This document shows positions 60,771 to 64,000 of a stretch of 64,000 nt of DNA, piece by piece (position 1 is the first letter of the stretch; every line of letters starts with the position of its first letter). This DNA comes from Macrostomum lignano. Taxonomy: Eukaryota. The notes under the pieces were generated by a model. That model did not search any database. It saw only the letters and a program-made list of their open reading frames with translations, and was not told the origin of the DNA. The translations under genes were made by a program, and so were the position numbers. The stretch is from NCBI GenBank assembly GCA_002269645.1, contig NIVC01002249.1, positions 126,035 to 190,034 of the forward strand, in the 5' to 3' direction.

Positions 60771-61364
60771 TGCCTTTCATTTAAGGCACATATTCTTGTC
60801 CTCTGGGTCTCGGCTCTGTCCTAACATGGTACTCAGCCAAGCCTCTGAGCTCTCCCAACTGACTGACTCACCTAAGAGCAGGCGGTCTGGCCGCAGCCGA
60901 AGAACCCAGCCGATCGCAGTTGCGCCTTTTCAGCATGATCCGAGTCAGAGCTGGCGCAGAATTCGGTTCAGAAATCAAAGCGGCGACTTGTGCTAGCTGT
61001 CGGTTATTACGAGTGCTGAAGCCGTCTTCTTGGTCGCGTTGGAGCATGAACTAGTTGGCAAAGTGGCCTTGTTGCTGGGCGATTACAATTCCAGGCACGA
61101 ACTGCGCGGCAAGGTGTTTGAGCTCAGTAACTTGCTCAGGCGAGCCGCACAGCGGCGGAGACCCCAGCACAGGATTTTTAATGGCCAGCACTGGCCATAG
61201 ACTATGGGGTTTTATTTCAGAGTAAGGTGATTCTCGCGCTATTTACTAAAGTGCATTTTGATCAACAGTCCCCAGACTTTCAGAAAAATGCTGCATGCAT
61301 TTACAAATAATTGCCTGAATCAGGAAATATAGTCTTGCTAGTGTACTCACAGTGGATGTAATGA

Positions 61365-61868
61365 GCAGAATGGACTGCTAATCTAGTCTAAATCAGTAAG
61401 GAATAGAATGGATTGCTAATCTAGTCTAAATCAGTGAAGGAATAGAATGGACTGCTAATCTAGTCTAAATCAGTAAGGATATGGCCTAATCTAGCCTACA
61501 TTAGTGATGAATGAATAGAATGGATTGCTAATCTAGCCTACTTAGTGATGAATGAATAGAATGGATTGCTAATCTAGCCTACATCAATAAATGAGGGAAT
61601 AGAATGGATTGCTAATCTAGCCTACATCAGTGAGGAAATGGATTGCTAATCTAGCCTAAATCAGTGAAGGAATAGAATGGACTGCTAATCTAGCCTACAT
61701 CAGGGAAGGAATAGAATGGACTGCTAATCTAGCCTACATCAGGAAGGAATAGAATGGACTGCTAATCTAGCTTACATTAATAATGAAGGAATAGAATGGA
61801 CTGCTAATCTAGCTTACATCAATACAAAATACAATGGCTTAAAGCAATACAATGGACTGCTAATCTAG
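61365..61868. repeat. ~37-40-bp minisatellite (GAAGGAATAGAATGGAYTGCTAATCTAGCCTACATCA)
   Basis: About 13 diverged copies; the core is the reverse complement of the 43847-44100 array. Confidence 0.9.
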
Positions 61869-63169
61869 CCAACACGGGTGCAATGTAGAATATGGCCAAA
61901 TATGGCAAGGCGGAAACGCGCAGGCAGCGGATTTCCTAATCCTGGAGTGCGCACTGTATCGAACAGTATTTGCGCAGGCCGCGGTGCCCCGCATGGAAAC
62001 AGCGCAAATGAGTAAAAATAGCTCCTGTTTACATCCCTCATTCCACCCCCCGTACGCTCGTATGCGATTGGTATTTCCGGCCGGCATCCGCGACTTGCAC
62101 TTTGGCACTGGAAATGCCGGTGTTACACTTTAGACTATCCGGAGTTTTTTGTCTGGCCCGGATCTCCGAACGCACTTACGATATCCGCCCGGATACTGCC
62201 ATGCAAGCAAAAACCTGCTTTGTTTTCTCCTTTCCGGATATCTTGAGCTGCTTTGCATTGTCTGGGCACTTTGAGATAGATGTCTCTCCCGGGCTTAGAT
62301 TCTTTAGATTTTTAGACTGCATCTTATCTGCCCCTCCCAAGCACTCTGAGTCAGTCCCATTCATCGCTTAATGGTGTGTCCTTCTGCCCCACGCATTCAC
62401 ATGCGCCTTATCTTGTAAATAGTTTGACCAACTTGCCACCGCAATCTTTATTCACGCGGACAATTCAAGACCCAGGACATTTCAAAGCCCAATTGTGTTG
62501 TGCCTTGGATTATCCAGGGTAGGTTATCGCAAAGCGACAATAATTTTGCTTTGCGATGTCCCCCGGACAAATTAAGACCCCGGTGAACAGTAAAGCCTAA
62601 CACGGGTGAAATGCTGCGATCCCAGCAGCCAATCAGATTCGTTTCAGGCAAAACAGGGAGGAGACAGCAGAGGGAAGTTCCCAACTTTGGAAAGGATCTA
62701 GGAAATAGGATATTCTGCGCTTTGAAGCCGATCAGATAATTAATTATCTCCTACTAAGCCATTATATTCAGTGACTCAATGACTGTTCTGTTCTGCCAGA
62801 GCACGCGGGCGCTATGGCAGAATACGGATCTTTATCAATTTATTATTATTTTCAAGACGGACAAAGCACCCTCCCCCCCAGCCAACGAAATAGTTAAAAC
62901 TACGAGTAGAATGCTCAGTGCCCTAACGCAATTCTATGTCTTACTGTTTGTTGGAAAGAAATTGAGATGCGCTCTGCAATCGTACCTCGGGCTGGGGTGG
63001 GGGTTGCACAGGTATTGCAGAGCTTGCAGGATCTAAAAATAGCGAGTGAGAATTTTTGTTAGCCAACAAGTACGCAATATTCTATTTTTAGAACGGAAAA
63101 AACACGCGGGATTCCCAGGGTCTACTCAGTGTATATTGGCCGGCTGAAGTTCCCTATTTTATTTGTCTC

Positions 63170-63177
63170 TATAAAAG
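63170..63177 (+). promoter_or_regulatory. Candidate TATA box (TATAAAAG)
   Basis: About 100 bp upstream of the ATG at 63271, with an Inr-like TTAGT about 30 bp downstream. Confidence 0.4.
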
Positions 63178-63270
63178 AAGCTCAGGCGACCATTAGTTTG
63201 TGCCAAGGAGAGTAATTTGCTTTGCAGAGTCAAGTCATCAGGTGAGAATTTCAATAACGATTAGCAAAAA

Positions 63271-64000
63271 ATGGCAAAGCAGGGAAGGCACAACCTTGTC
63301 CTGGTGCTGGTTGCACTGTTGAGTCTGGGAGCCATCTGCTTCTCTGTGGTCGTCCTCATCAATTTGAAGCTGCACGAGGGCAGTCTGGAGCATGTGAGCT
63401 GCTGGATCTCTGTCCGATAGTGCACTATATTGAGTCCTATTAACAATTACTCGAATTTTGTTGCAGAAAAGCATCCACTTGGTAATTGACAAGAAGCAGC
63501 TGCATCGTTGCCCGACGCCCAAGAAAAATCTTGTCCCATGCGAGGCTGGGCCCAACGAGTTTAAAACTAAAGGTGAGAGTTCGTAAATAATTCTTCACCG
63601 ACAGTAGAAATCATAGTTTTTATTTGTTAACAATGCCGCTCTTCAGAAGGAAACCTGGGCCCGTTGAGGTGCCTGGACGACTATTACGACAGGAAGGCGG
63701 CGTGAACACCTGCGAGACTGCCAGCGATACGTTCCACCTGAACGGCGAGAGCAACGCGGTGTGGTGCAGAAGCCAGGGATTTATCGAATCTATGGACAGG
63801 TGAGGATGTTGCCCAGGAGTTTGGGGAGCATGCTGTCAAGATCCCACCGCTCTGTCATCCACACTAATCAGGAATCTGTTTATCACCATCTTGCAGGTGT
63901 CATTCAAAGACAGAAGCGACTCCGCGGTTGTTGTGGTGCTGCGGATCAACAATTACAACTTTGTGCAGTGCCACCAGCAGAACAGGCAGCCGGCCAGCAG
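63271..64000 (+). CDS. TNF-superfamily-like ligand 2 (type II membrane), truncated by the window end
   Basis: Exons 63271-63393 (TM: LVLVLVALLSLGAICFSVVVLI), 63467-63572, 63647-63799 and 63897 onward. Spliced VVQKPGIYRIYGQ|VSF...VVLRINNYNFVQC follows the TNF pattern. Exon 3 needs two extra nucleotides to stay in phase. Confidence 0.7.

Overview
Eukaryotic, intron-containing and very repeat-rich animal DNA, probably a Macrostomum-type flatworm. That organism call is an inference from a match at 26.74 kb to the Macrostomum lignano spliced-leader sequence as I recall it, plus minisatellite-filled introns. Host genes: RNF146 (RING+WWE, minus), an F-type lectin pseudogene, CDK9 (3 exons), an uncharacterised minus-strand gene at 30-31.6 kb, a 5-exon GT32 (DxD) glycosyltransferase spanning 13 kb, two TNF-superfamily-like type II membrane ligand genes, and a multi-exon minus-strand gene with a 30-nt microexon. 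Mobile DNA: a decayed multi-ORF CACTA/EnSpm-like element in the RNF146 intron, a full-length LOA-like LINE (APE-RT-RNaseH) with a 14-bp TSD, three copies of a tRNA-derived SINE, a 1-kb foldback element, a hAT MITE with an 8-bp TSD, a probable non-autonomous Helitron, and LINE fragments. Most long ORFs in the supplied track are artefacts of tandem repeats. Most notable: an orphan spliced-leader exon with no splice donor, CpG-depleted TAGGCCTA-rich blocks 5' of the coding exons of two housekeeping genes, a foldback element with two apparent ages of inverted repeat, and the pair of TNF-like genes.
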